DNA of 62,545 bases. Source: Coriobacteriales bacterium (GTDB lineage: Bacteria > Actinomycetota > Coriobacteriia > Coriobacteriales > UMGS124). Numbering within the stretch: the stretch's first letter is position 1; each line of letters begins with the position of its first letter. The position numbers and the translations under genes are program-made. Location of the stretch: NCBI GenBank assembly GCA_017515595.1, contig JAFWFL010000025.1:1-62545 (forward strand). Reading direction: 5' to 3'. The notes under the pieces are model-generated. The model ran no database searches. It was given only the letters and a program-made list of their open reading frames with translations, and was not told where the DNA came from. This document shows, piece after piece, positions 18,177 to 27,843 of this stretch.

Positions 18177-20507
18177 TTAAGAATCGTTTTTGCCAAAACG
18201 GCGAAGTAAAAGCGAATTTGTTACAACCGAAACACTAGATAATGCCATACAGGCGCTCGAAAGCTCCGGAGCCAATATACCGCAAAAAGCAAGCGGTATC
18301 ATAATGCAGTTGTAGCCCAAAGCCCACCCAAAATTTTGATGAATCTTGCGCATGGTAGCACGTGACAAGTCAATCGCACGAGAAACAAGCCTCACATCGC
18401 CGTTCATAAGGACAATCGATCCGGCTTCGAGCGCAGCTCCGGTACCGTTTCCCATGGCAATTCCCACATCTGCCGTTACAAGAGCCGGAGCATCATTTAT
18501 GCCGTCTCCAACCATAGCGACCGCATGACCGTTCTCTTTAAGTTTTTTTATCTCATCTGACTTCTGAGCAGGCAAAACCTGAGCTATCACATGATCGTAC
18601 TCAATATGCGCTTGTTCTGCCAAAGCCGCAGCCGCAGTCAATGTGTCGCCCGTAAGCATAAAGGGCTCAATCTGTTTTTCTTTGAGAAGATCTATACCCT
18701 GAGGTGAGGTTTCTTTAAGAACATCAGCAACATAAAAGACCGCAAGTATACCGCGCTTTTGAGAACCAATCGCCAAAGTGGTTGCATATACATGGTTGTT
18801 TCGCTCGTCTCCGTCAAAGAAGCTGTCTGGATCTGGTACGCCAGTCTTTTGCATGAGCTTTTTGTTGCCCACAAAAAACTGCTCATCTTCTATCACGCCG
18901 CTTATGCCGTAGCCCGCTTCTTCAATACTTTCTTTTACCTGAGGGAGCTCGATTCTTTTCTCACCGGATTCAAGACGCTGTGCATCAATATCTGCAACTT
19001 TGGCCATAATGGCCTGAGCCAAAGGATGACTGCTCTGTTGCTCGAGCGCAGCTGCATATATCAGAGCTTCAGATGCAGTAATACCTTCTCTGACCTTCAT
19101 ATCTATTATTTGAGGACGTCCTATGGTAAGCGTTCCGGTTTTATCGAATACTGTCACATCAATTTTACCTGCAGTTTCGAGAACTGAAGGATCTTTTATG
19201 AGAATACCGAGTTCAGCGCCTTTACCGGTACCTACCATTATAGCCGTAGGCGTGGCAAGTCCCAATGCACACGGACACGCCACAACCACAACCGAGATAG
19301 CTACCAAAAGCGCTTTCTCAAAAACAGAATGGCCTTCATAAGGAGCAGTTATGCCTAATGCCGGTAAAACAAAATACCAGACAAGAAATGCCAATAAAGC
19401 TATGCTTAAAACAACCGGAACAAAAATGCTTGCGATACGGTCTGCCAAAAGCTGAACCGGCGGTTTTGTGCCCTGAGCTTCTTCAACCAAACGGATAATC
19501 TGTGCGAGCATGGTGTCAGAACCAACTTTTTGCGCACGAACCTTAAGAACACCTGATGAATTAAGAGTACCTCCCGTAACCTCGTCTCCGGCGTTTTTAA
19601 GCACAGGCATTGGTTCTCCGGTAATCATTGATTCATCAATGCTTGATGATCCTTCGAGTATGACACCGTCAACAGGTACCCGCTCGCCTGCTTTTATAAT
19701 AACTACGTCTCCCGCAATCACATCTTCGAGGTCAATCTCAAGTGTCACTCCTCCACGAACCACGTTTGCCTTTTGCGGAGCCAAATCCATAAGCTCTTCG
19801 AGTGCGTCTCCTGCTTTACCCTTTGCATGGGCTTCGAGCGTCTTGCCCAAAAGAACAAACGTAATAAGCATGGCAGAGGTCTCATACGGAGCCATCATGC
19901 CTCTCATGGTTGGCGAAAACGTTACATAGAGTGCATATAAAAATGCACAGCCCGTGCCTACGGCAACAAGTGTATCCATGCTTCCGGCCTTATTTTTAAG
20001 CGCACCAAGTGCGCCTTTAAAAAAACGGGCTCCGCACCAGAACTCAACTGGGATACATAAAACCAGTAAAATACAGTTCATTACAAACATTGTATCTTCA
20101 TGGGAAGGCGACCCTTGGCCAAAGCCCAGTAAGCGAGCGATCTCATGAGAAATACTATGCCCCGCGCCGGTCATCCCAATTATCATCATGAGAGCAGTCA
20201 AACAAACCGCAACAACAAGCTGGATGAGATTATGCTTTTTAGTCTTTTCTTCCTTCAATCGCCTTTCGGCATCAAAAACTGACCGCTTTTCCTGAGGTAT
20301 AACCGAACCGCTAAAACCCAGCTCTGATATTTTCGTAAGAATTGCGTCTATAGTTACGGTATTGGGATCAAATACAACCGTTCCGTTTTCTGCCGCAAGA
20401 TTAACGTTGCACTGCTGTACACCGTTCATGCGCGAAACCATGCGCTCAATCAAGGCAGAGCAGCTTGCGCAATGCATCCCGTCAATTGCAAGTCGAATCT
20501 GAGTCAT
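18177..20507 (-). CDS. copA: Cu(I)-type P1B heavy-metal-translocating ATPase
   Basis: N-terminal GMHCASC, TGE, CPCALGLA, DKTGT, HP, GDGINDAP, YN and MALSS motifs. Confidence 0.9.
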   Translation of the reverse strand: MTQIRLAIDGMHCASCSALIERMVSRMNGVQQCNVNLAAENGTVVFDPNTVTIDAILTKISELGFSGSVIPQEKRSVFDAERRLKEEKTKKHNLIQLVVAVCLTALMMIIGMTGAGHSISHEIARLLGFGQGSPSHEDTMFVMNCILLVLCIPVEFWCGARFFKGALGALKNKAGSMDTLVAVGTGCAFLYALYVTFSPTMRGMMAPYETSAMLITFVLLGKTLEAHAKGKAGDALEELMDLAPQKANVVRGGVTLEIDLEDVIAGDVVIIKAGERVPVDGVILEGSSSIDESMITGEPMPVLKNAGDEVTGGTLNSSGVLKVRAQKVGSDTMLAQIIRLVEEAQGTKPPVQLLADRIASIFVPVVLSIALLAFLVWYFVLPALGITAPYEGHSVFEKALLVAISVVVVACPCALGLATPTAIMVGTGKGAELGILIKDPSVLETAGKIDVTVFDKTGTLTIGRPQIIDMKVREGITASEALIYAAALEQQSSHPLAQAIMAKVADIDAQRLESGEKRIELPQVKESIEEAGYGISGVIEDEQFFVGNKKLMQKTGVPDPDSFFDGDERNNHVYATTLAIGSQKRGILAVFYVADVLKETSPQGIDLLKEKQIEPFMLTGDTLTAAAALAEQAHIEYDHVIAQVLPAQKSDEIKKLKENGHAVAMVGDGINDAPALVTADVGIAMGNGTGAALEAGSIVLMNGDVRLVSRAIDLSRATMRKIHQNFGWALGYNCIMIPLAFCGILAPELSSACMALSSVSVVTNSLLLRRFGKNDS

Positions 20508-20526
20508 AAACACTCCCTATATACAA

Positions 20527-20555
20527 AAAGGCCGGAAGCATAGCCTCCGGCCTTT
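20527..20555 (-). terminator. Intrinsic terminator after tRNA-Ala
   Basis: AAAGGCCGGA...TCCGGCCTTT stem with a T-run on the minus strand. Confidence 0.75.
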
Positions 20556-20565
20556 GTAATAATCA

Positions 20566-20641
20566 TGGTGGAGATAAGGGGGCTCGAACCCCTGACCTCT
20601 TGACTGCCAGTCAAGCGCTCTCCCAGCTGAGCTATACCCCC
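20566..20641 (-). tRNA. tRNA-Ala (GGC)
   Basis: 76-nt cloverleaf GGGGGTATAGCTCAGCTGGGAGAGCG...GGC...GGTTCGAG...CCACCA; G3:U70 alanine identity pair; CCA encoded. Confidence 0.97.
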
Positions 20642-20662
20642 AAAGAAGAACAAGCGAACTCT

Positions 20663-20671
20663 ATCATAACA
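20663..20671 (-). promoter_or_regulatory. Extended -10 promoter for tRNA-Ala
   Basis: TGtTATGAT about 22 nt upstream of the mature tRNA. Confidence 0.5.
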
Positions 20672-21037
20672 TCCCGGGTTTCTGAGGAACTTTCTCAAAG
20701 ACTCTCATTCCTCCACGAATTGTACGTAACAATTCTTGGTACCTTCTATCAGGAGCACGGGCACCATGAACATTGGGTATCGAATTCATTGTGTCCACAA
20801 ATTTTGAATGTGTGGCCATCTCAACCTTTGCGCAAAAAATGAACCCCAGTTTGAGATTCGTGTTGCAAATTGCAAAGGATAAATACAGAAGTAGTAAGGG
20901 AGGGGGCGTAGTATCTGTTTAGTTAAAAGCCGATGAACTTACTGCGTTTCTATACAAAAGTATCTTTTGTGTGCAATATCATGGTATTGATTAGGGTACA
21001 ATTCAATTGTTCGTTTGATGAAAGGAGTTTTAGCGTT

Positions 21038-21919
21038 ATGAGTTTTGCCATTTTGACCGATACAAGCTGCAATCTCCCCCAGCATCTTGTTGATGAATTT
21101 GAAATCGCAATGCTTCCGTTGCATTATTATATAGATGGTATTGAGCATGCAAGTTATACTGACGGTAAACAGGCTGACTTTGCCAAATTTTATGAGCAAA
21201 TGCGTGCCGGTAAGGTAGTTACCACCTCATGCGCAAGCCAGGCAGATGCCGAGGAAGCAGCAACAAAGCTTGCAGAAGCCGGCAAAGATGTTCTGTGCAT
21301 CAGTTTTTCTTCCGGTATCTCGGCTACGTATTCTGCTTGCTTTAATGCAATAACCGAGGTTGCCAAAAGATTCCCCGAGCGCAAGATTTATTGCGTGGAC
21401 TCTCTTGCCGCAAGCGCAGGCCAGGGTCTTTTGATTGCCTATGTAGCGAAGCTGCGCGGCGAGGGCAAGACCATCGATGAATGCCGTGACTGGGTTCTTG
21501 AACACAGGCTCAACATTGCCCACTGGTTCACGGTAGATGACCTTATGTTCTTAAAGCGTGGCGGCCGCGTTTCTGCAGTTTCGGCTATTTTTGGCACTGC
21601 TTTACGTATTAAGCCCGTTTTGCATGTTGCGCCTGACGGAACACTTAAAGTTGTCGACAAGCTCCGTGGCCGCGGAAAGTCTATAGAAGCATTGGCAGCA
21701 CATTTTGGCAATTCTCTGAGCACCATGCCTCCGCAAGATCAAATGGTTTATATTTCGCATGCAGATTGTTATGAAGAAGCCAAAACACTTGCAGACATGC
21801 TCGTGCAAAAATACGGAATCTCTGAGCCCCTTATTACCTATATTGACCCGGTTGTAGGCGCTCATGCAGGTCCCGGTACCATTGCATTGTTCTATTACGA
21901 CAGTATTGAGCATCGTTAA
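21038..21919 (+). CDS. DegV-family fatty-acid-binding protein (FakB-like)
   Basis: ILTDTSCNLP, TTS, SSGISATY, VDS, LKRGGR, IKP, VGAHAGPG; AAAGGAG SD before ATG 21038. Confidence 0.93.
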   Translation: MSFAILTDTSCNLPQHLVDEFEIAMLPLHYYIDGIEHASYTDGKQADFAKFYEQMRAGKVVTTSCASQADAEEAATKLAEAGKDVLCISFSSGISATYSACFNAITEVAKRFPERKIYCVDSLAASAGQGLLIAYVAKLRGEGKTIDECRDWVLEHRLNIAHWFTVDDLMFLKRGGRVSAVSAIFGTALRIKPVLHVAPDGTLKVVDKLRGRGKSIEALAAHFGNSLSTMPPQDQMVYISHADCYEEAKTLADMLVQKYGISEPLITYIDPVVGAHAGPGTIALFYYDSIEHR

Positions 21920-21943
21920 AGACATTTAAAACAACGTTATCAT

Positions 21944-21984
21944 AAAAAGCGATCTCTTAAATTTTCTTTAAGAGATCGCTTTTT
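21944..21984. terminator. Bidirectional terminator
   Basis: Perfect 18-bp stem AAAAAGCGATCTCTTAAA/TTTAAGAGATCGCTTTTT between convergent genes. Confidence 0.8.
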
Positions 21985-22013
21985 TAAAGAAAAAGGTTTG
22001 TTCGAGTTTTTAT

Positions 22014-23342
22014 CTACTTTGCATCGATATCGTCGAGTGACGCCGAGATAGTATGCTTTGTGGGAACCCAGTCTACACGCTTGACAGCCGCAACAAGCGC
22101 AATTGGTATATAGCTCAGCATAAAAATGGGAAAGGTAAACAGGTTGGTAAACTTGTGCCAGGCGGTTGCGTGTATATTGCGGCGCTCGGTTATAGTCACA
22201 AGAAGAGCAAGCAGGAAAAACGTAAAGTAGAACCCGCCGAATATCATCGCAAACGAGCTCAGGCACATATAGACTTCAGACATGCTCACAAGGTTTGGTA
22301 CAAACAATCCGGCTAAAAGATAAATGCCGTTTACGGTAATCGAAAGCAAGGTAAGTATCATAGCCGGAGCTATAGTCATAAACATGTCATAGGCCGCAAA
22401 GTTCTTAATAAACAATCTTCTTGGCTGATGATATTCATTTGGAAGCTCGCTGTTTTCTTTGTTATTGTTCATACCGTTTACCAGAGATGATGCATATTTA
22501 ACAAATACCTGGTAAAACCCTTTTGTCCAACGCATGCGCTGGTTCCATGATGCCGAGAAGGTCACGGGTTGCTCGTCATAGAACATTGCTTTACGGGCAA
22601 AGCCTATACGGTAACCTTTGTGCGCACAAAACGTAGAAAACTGGATATCCTCCGTTAATAGATGGAAATCCCAGCCTCCCATTTTTTTAATAATGTCTGC
22701 CGAGATAAGATATCCTGTCCCTGAAATTGCGCAAGAAGTCTTGAGAATCATACGCGCATTGTTGAGATAGGTTGCCTCACGCAAAAACCAGGTTCCGTAA
22801 CCACGGCTTACCCAGCTTGAATCAAAATTCTTTGAATTACGGTAGCTCGTGATAGCTGCGAAATTACCGGTATCAAAAACCTCGTTCATATAGGTGACAT
22901 AGGTAGGTTCAAGAATATTGTCAGCATCGAATACAATAAATGCTTCATGTTTATTGGGATAATCGCGCATGACGCATCGTAAACCATAATCCATGACCCA
23001 GCTTTTTCCTACCTGACCGCCACCGGGCCTCTCATACACAATCGCTCCGGCTTCACGCGCAAGCTGAGCAGTGTCATCAGTACAATTGTCGCAAAAAACA
23101 AAGACATCCAGAAGCTCTTCAGGATAATCTTGGTTCTTCATTGATTTGATAAGCTCGGTAATTACAATGCCCTCATTATGAGCACACACCACAAAACCGT
23201 ACCGATGCTGCTTTTGTGCCGGAAACTCAGGCGCATGTTTAAATATAAAAACAATAACAACATATATAAGCTGGTAAAAGAATGCAATAGCAAAGAACAC
23301 CGCTATAACTGCATTAAATATGAGTATAGGTGACCACTCCAT
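22014..23342 (-). CDS. Membrane GT2 processive glycosyltransferase
   Basis: AHNE, DNCTD, FDAD, TED and QRMRW motifs; N- and C-terminal TM helices. Confidence 0.88.
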   Translation of the reverse strand: MEWSPILIFNAVIAVFFAIAFFYQLIYVVIVFIFKHAPEFPAQKQHRYGFVVCAHNEGIVITELIKSMKNQDYPEELLDVFVFCDNCTDDTAQLAREAGAIVYERPGGGQVGKSWVMDYGLRCVMRDYPNKHEAFIVFDADNILEPTYVTYMNEVFDTGNFAAITSYRNSKNFDSSWVSRGYGTWFLREATYLNNARMILKTSCAISGTGYLISADIIKKMGGWDFHLLTEDIQFSTFCAHKGYRIGFARKAMFYDEQPVTFSASWNQRMRWTKGFYQVFVKYASSLVNGMNNNKENSELPNEYHQPRRLFIKNFAAYDMFMTIAPAMILTLLSITVNGIYLLAGLFVPNLVSMSEVYMCLSSFAMIFGGFYFTFFLLALLVTITERRNIHATAWHKFTNLFTFPIFMLSYIPIALVAAVKRVDWVPTKHTISASLDDIDAK

Positions 23343-23428
23343 GAAGCGAGTCCTTTACGCCATACGGGTTTATATGCACAAATATTTATGATACTTCAAT
23401 CGCAATTAAAATAAAATAGTAAAACCCG

Positions 23429-24466
23429 TTACCAGCCTGATTCGCGCATTAACCGGGCGCTGCCCAGCTCTTTAAACACTTCTTCTCCACGTTTTGTGCA
23501 GCCGGTTGACTTATCCTCAATTAAAAAGAGCGCCTCCTGGAGTTCCCAGGTAAGTTCATCTATAAAAGTAAACGGCTGTTTTGTTACCGGATGTTCAAAA
23601 GTCAAACGCCATGAGTGCAAAAATTGCCTGTCCAGGTGAAGGTTTACATCATCATCGCCCCTGCCATACATGGGGTCTCCAACTACATGATGGCCAATAG
23701 AAGCCATATGAACGCGTATTTGGTGGGTACGGCCGGTAAACAGTTTACATTCAAGCAGGGTGTACCCATCATCACGCTTGCCGGCTTCAAAACGCTCAAG
23801 CGTATTAAACGTTGTAACCGAGGCACGTGCGTTATCTCCGCTGCTTACCATCATTTTTAAGCGATCTCTCGTAGAGCGCGAAATAGGTGCGTCAATAAGA
23901 CCGGTATCGGGAGCAATAACACCATGAACCAAAGTCACATAGCGCCTGTCAACTTTTCGCACCCTGATAGCTTCCTGCAAAGCTGCCTGTGTGGTATCGT
24001 CCTTTGCGGCAAGCATCAGCCCGGTAGTATCCATATCCAATCGATGAACAATTCCGGGACGGTCATCTCCCTGCATTCTTCCCAGATGATCGGGCCCGCA
24101 ATGTGCCACTAAAGCATGGGCAAGCGTATGATACTCATGACCTGCAGACGGGTGGCACACGAGTCCCCGTTGCTTAGATATTACGAGGAGATACTCATCT
24201 TCATAACGAATATCAAGCGGTATTGCCTCAGGCTCAAGTGTGGGCGGAGTCTCTATGACAGGAGGAAGCTCAACCTCAATCTTATTCCCCGTATGAACTA
24301 CTGTGGATTTAGACAGTGTCGCAACACCGTTTATTAAAACAGAACCCGCTTCTACGAGCTTAGCTGCGGCACTACGGCTTGGTATTCCCGAGAGGCCCGC
24401 GAGAAATGCATCAATGCGTACACCGTCAGAGCTTTGCGCAACAGATGTTATAACGCTCGATGTCAT
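23429..24466 (-). CDS. rluD: RluA/RluD-family pseudouridine synthase
   Basis: S4 domain, VHRLDMDTTG, TGRTHQIRVH, GDPMYG; follows lspA. Confidence 0.9.
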   Translation of the reverse strand: MTSSVITSVAQSSDGVRIDAFLAGLSGIPSRSAAAKLVEAGSVLINGVATLSKSTVVHTGNKIEVELPPVIETPPTLEPEAIPLDIRYEDEYLLVISKQRGLVCHPSAGHEYHTLAHALVAHCGPDHLGRMQGDDRPGIVHRLDMDTTGLMLAAKDDTTQAALQEAIRVRKVDRRYVTLVHGVIAPDTGLIDAPISRSTRDRLKMMVSSGDNARASVTTFNTLERFEAGKRDDGYTLLECKLFTGRTHQIRVHMASIGHHVVGDPMYGRGDDDVNLHLDRQFLHSWRLTFEHPVTKQPFTFIDELTWELQEALFLIEDKSTGCTKRGEEVFKELGSARLMRESGW

Positions 24467-24999
24467 ATCCTCACTTCCTCATTATCGCGAACCGTCTGCT
24501 CCAGAGAAGACTCGGGGTCAGAGTTATCGCGGCTTCCGGTACCGGCAAACATTCCAATTATAAAGATTATAGTACCACACACTACGCAAATATCGGCAAA
24601 ATTAAAAACCGGAAACGTAATAAACGTGGTTTTGAGATAATCGGTAACCGCGCCAAAGACAACACGGTCATAAAGATTTCCCAATGCACCGCCTGCAATA
24701 AGTCCTAAAACAAGCGAAGTGGCAATGCCGGTCTTTTGCTTGTAGATATAAACAAAACCGGCTATAACCATACCCGCAGCAAAAACAGCAAACAGCCACT
24801 GCATTCCTTGTCCCATGCCAAAAGCTGCCCCTTTATTAAAAACCAGGGTCAGATCCAAAACACCGGGAATTAAAGTCTGCTGGCTGTTTTCTGCCAAATA
24901 TGATCTCATAAATGCCTTAAGGGCAAGGTCTGCTATGGCCATGCATAACGCCAAAGCACCATAGCAGACCAAACCCGTATATTTAGAACGTGGTTTCAC
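24463..24999 (-). CDS. lspA: Lipoprotein signal peptidase
   Basis: NKGAAFG, GGALGNLYDR, VTDY, FPVFNFAD. Confidence 0.95.
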   Translation of the reverse strand: MKPRSKYTGLVCYGALALCMAIADLALKAFMRSYLAENSQQTLIPGVLDLTLVFNKGAAFGMGQGMQWLFAVFAAGMVIAGFVYIYKQKTGIATSLVLGLIAGGALGNLYDRVVFGAVTDYLKTTFITFPVFNFADICVVCGTIIFIIGMFAGTGSRDNSDPESSLEQTVRDNEEVRI

Positions 25000-25002
25000 G
25001 CC

Positions 25003-27762
25003 TTACCCTCGGCGAACCAGTTTCACGGCCTCACTGCAGCGGCAGCAAAGACCGTCAGACTGCAACGTCCTGATGTTACGGCAGCGGGGGCACTTTTCGC
25101 CCGTTGCCGGATAAACACTGCACTCAAAATCTTGAGCTTCATGATAGGTCAGCGAAGATACAATGCAAAGCTCTGCGGTATCCACGCCGGATTCCTTAAG
25201 AATGCTCAGTATCTCTTGCGGAGCGCCTAGGTCTACAGAGGCTTCCATGCTCGATGAAATCTCGCCGTCTTCGAGCGTTTTCTTAACAGCATCGCGCATC
25301 TCAAGAATTGTCTCATATGTCTTAAGATAACCCTGGGCCTCTTTAAGATCCATGGGCGCCTTGTACCAATCAAGCAAAGCTGCAAACTCAACACCGCACT
25401 TAAGGCTCTCAGGCATGTACTCGAGAACTTCATCACAGGTATAAGCAAGAATCGGTTGAAGGTCGCGTACAAGCATGCTAAGAATCTCGGCAGCCACTGT
25501 CTGAGAACTTCTCCGCAAATGAGAATCGCTTGCGTCACAGTACATGCGGTCTTTGATGCAATCGAGATAGATGTTTGAGAGTTCTTTGGTGAACTCAAAT
25601 ATTGAGCGGTATACGCTATTAAATCTGTACTGAGCGTAAGCTTCTTCTACCTTAGCGTGAACGTCGCATGCACGGGCCAAAACCAGCTTATCAATAGCAT
25701 CGAGTTCTTCTACCGGTATAGCGTTCTTTTGGGCATCATAATCATTCAAAACCGAAAGCAAGAAACGCATGGTATTGCGCAGGTGACGGTAAGCCTCGCC
25801 TACACGCTTGAGAATCTCGTCATCAATTGAGACGTCGGCGGAAGTGTCTGTTGAGCTGACCCACAAACGAATAACGTCTGCACCAAGGGTATCACACACC
25901 TTGTTTGGATCAATTACGTTGCCGAGAGACTTGCTCATCTTGCGGCCCTGGCCGTCAAGGGTAAAGCCCTGGCTTACGACGCTCTTAAACGGCGGAACAT
26001 CGTATGCACCAATGCTTGTTAAGAGCGAACTTTGGAACCAGCCGCGATGCTGGTCTGAACCCTCAAGATACATATCTGCAGGGAACCGCAGGTAATCTCT
26101 TGTGCCAAGGACAGCGGTGTGAGATACGCCTGAATCCCACCATACATCAAGGATGTCGCGGTCTGCTACCAGATCATGGCCATGGCATGCCGGGCACTCA
26201 CAGGCATCACCCAGATACTCCTTGGGATCGCAGGTAAACCAGGCGTCAGAGCCCTTCTCTTTAAACAGGGCGATAACAGCGCTGAGGGTATCGTCATTCA
26301 TAACCTTTTCGCCACAGGTTGCGCAGGTAAAGCTTGGAATCGGAACTCCCCATGCCCTCTGTCTCGAGATGCACCAGTCAGGACGGTTCTCGACCATGGA
26401 ACCAATACGTTTTGCTGCATGGGCCGGATACCAGGTAACTTCTTCGTTGATCGCATGAAGAGCTTCTTCACGCAAACCGGTATTGTCCATTGAGACAAAC
26501 CATTGATCTGTTGCTCTGAAGATGACCGGATTCTTGCAGCGCCAGCAGTGCGGATAACTGTGTGTGAGCGGTTTCTTGAGAATCAGGCTTTTGCGCTGCT
26601 CAAGGAACTCGATGATTGGCTTATTGGCTTCATCAGTATCAAGACCCGAGAAGGGACCGCCCTTCCCAAGACCTTCACCAACATAGAAGCGGCCATTATC
26701 ATCAACAGGCATAACAATGGGGATACCAAAACGCATGCCCACATTGTAGTCATCAACACCGTGCCCGGGCGCACAGTGAACTGCGCCGGTACCGTCATCA
26801 AGGGTAACGTAATCGCCGTAGATGATCTTGCAGATCTCTCCGTCAAAAATGGGGTGCTTATAGGTACAGCCGCAAAGATCTTTGCCGCAAACAGTCCAAC
26901 CCTCAACAAGCTCATAATCCCAGTCAAATGACTCGCAAAGTTTTTGAGCAAGTACTTTTGCGACAATTTCTGCACGTCCCTCGTGTGCAATAGCTACATA
27001 TTCTGCATCAGGATTCAAAATAACGGCTTGGTTTGCAGGGAGTGTCCAAGGGGTTGTTGTCCAAATGATTACATCTGCAGGAAGCGTGAGGCCTTGCGGA
27101 GCACAGGTGAGTTCAAAGCGGACAAAAATCGAAGGTGATTCCTCGTCACCATATTCAATTTCTGCTTCTGCAAGTGCTGTATGACAGTTTTTGCACCAGT
27201 GCACGGGTTTGCGTCCGCGGTAAATAGCGCCTTTATCAAAAATCTTCTTAAAGATCTCAATATCTGCGGCATCATACTCATGGACAAACGTAAGATACGG
27301 GTCATTCCACATACCCATAACGCCCAGACGCTTAAAACCTTTACGCTGGACATCAATATTTGCAACAGCGTATTCCTGGCAAAGCTTACGAATCTCTGCC
27401 GTAGGGGTTTCGCGGAACTTCTTGGTGCCGAGAGCGGTTTCTACCTTGTGCTCAATCGGCTGGCCATGGCAGTCCCAACCCGGAACATACGGCGTTTGAA
27501 AACCTTGCATGGTCCAGTAGCGGTTGATAATATCTTTTGAAATTTTATTCATTGCATGCCCAATATGAATAGGGCCGTTTGCATACGGAGGACCGTCATG
27601 TAAAATAAATTGCTCGTGACCCTCGTTTTTCTTGAGCATGAGATTATATACATCTGATTCTTCCCAATGCGCCAAACGCTGCGGCTCTCTCGCCGCCAAA
27701 TTTGCACGCATGGGGAAATCTGTTTGAGGCAAGTTTAATGAATCACGAAAATCATTTGCCAT
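25003..27762 (-). CDS. ileS: Isoleucine--tRNA ligase (bacterial type 1)
   Basis: GPPYANGPIHIGH, GWDCHG, WTTTPWTLP, WCISRQR, KMSKS, C-terminal zinc finger. Confidence 0.97.
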   Translation of the reverse strand: MANDFRDSLNLPQTDFPMRANLAAREPQRLAHWEESDVYNLMLKKNEGHEQFILHDGPPYANGPIHIGHAMNKISKDIINRYWTMQGFQTPYVPGWDCHGQPIEHKVETALGTKKFRETPTAEIRKLCQEYAVANIDVQRKGFKRLGVMGMWNDPYLTFVHEYDAADIEIFKKIFDKGAIYRGRKPVHWCKNCHTALAEAEIEYGDEESPSIFVRFELTCAPQGLTLPADVIIWTTTPWTLPANQAVILNPDAEYVAIAHEGRAEIVAKVLAQKLCESFDWDYELVEGWTVCGKDLCGCTYKHPIFDGEICKIIYGDYVTLDDGTGAVHCAPGHGVDDYNVGMRFGIPIVMPVDDNGRFYVGEGLGKGGPFSGLDTDEANKPIIEFLEQRKSLILKKPLTHSYPHCWRCKNPVIFRATDQWFVSMDNTGLREEALHAINEEVTWYPAHAAKRIGSMVENRPDWCISRQRAWGVPIPSFTCATCGEKVMNDDTLSAVIALFKEKGSDAWFTCDPKEYLGDACECPACHGHDLVADRDILDVWWDSGVSHTAVLGTRDYLRFPADMYLEGSDQHRGWFQSSLLTSIGAYDVPPFKSVVSQGFTLDGQGRKMSKSLGNVIDPNKVCDTLGADVIRLWVSSTDTSADVSIDDEILKRVGEAYRHLRNTMRFLLSVLNDYDAQKNAIPVEELDAIDKLVLARACDVHAKVEEAYAQYRFNSVYRSIFEFTKELSNIYLDCIKDRMYCDASDSHLRRSSQTVAAEILSMLVRDLQPILAYTCDEVLEYMPESLKCGVEFAALLDWYKAPMDLKEAQGYLKTYETILEMRDAVKKTLEDGEISSSMEASVDLGAPQEILSILKESGVDTAELCIVSSLTYHEAQDFECSVYPATGEKCPRCRNIRTLQSDGLCCRCSEAVKLVRRG

Positions 27763-27843
27763 ACGGACACCCCTCTTCTCTGTTTATTTACCCGCTAAGG
27801 TTTCAATTTTATAAGCATATCATTATGTGACGTACACTATGCT

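Noticed and set aside
20566-20590. tRNA-Ala 3' end as the att site of an island
   Set aside because: I found no second copy of the tRNA 3' end and no integrase in the window
20504-20842. Track ORFs of 64 and 80 aa
   Set aside because: They overlap tRNA-Ala and its terminator and promoter
20891-20915. G-rich tract as a CsoR operator for copA
   Set aside because: Lacks the matching C-tract dyad and is separated from copA by the tRNA and its terminator
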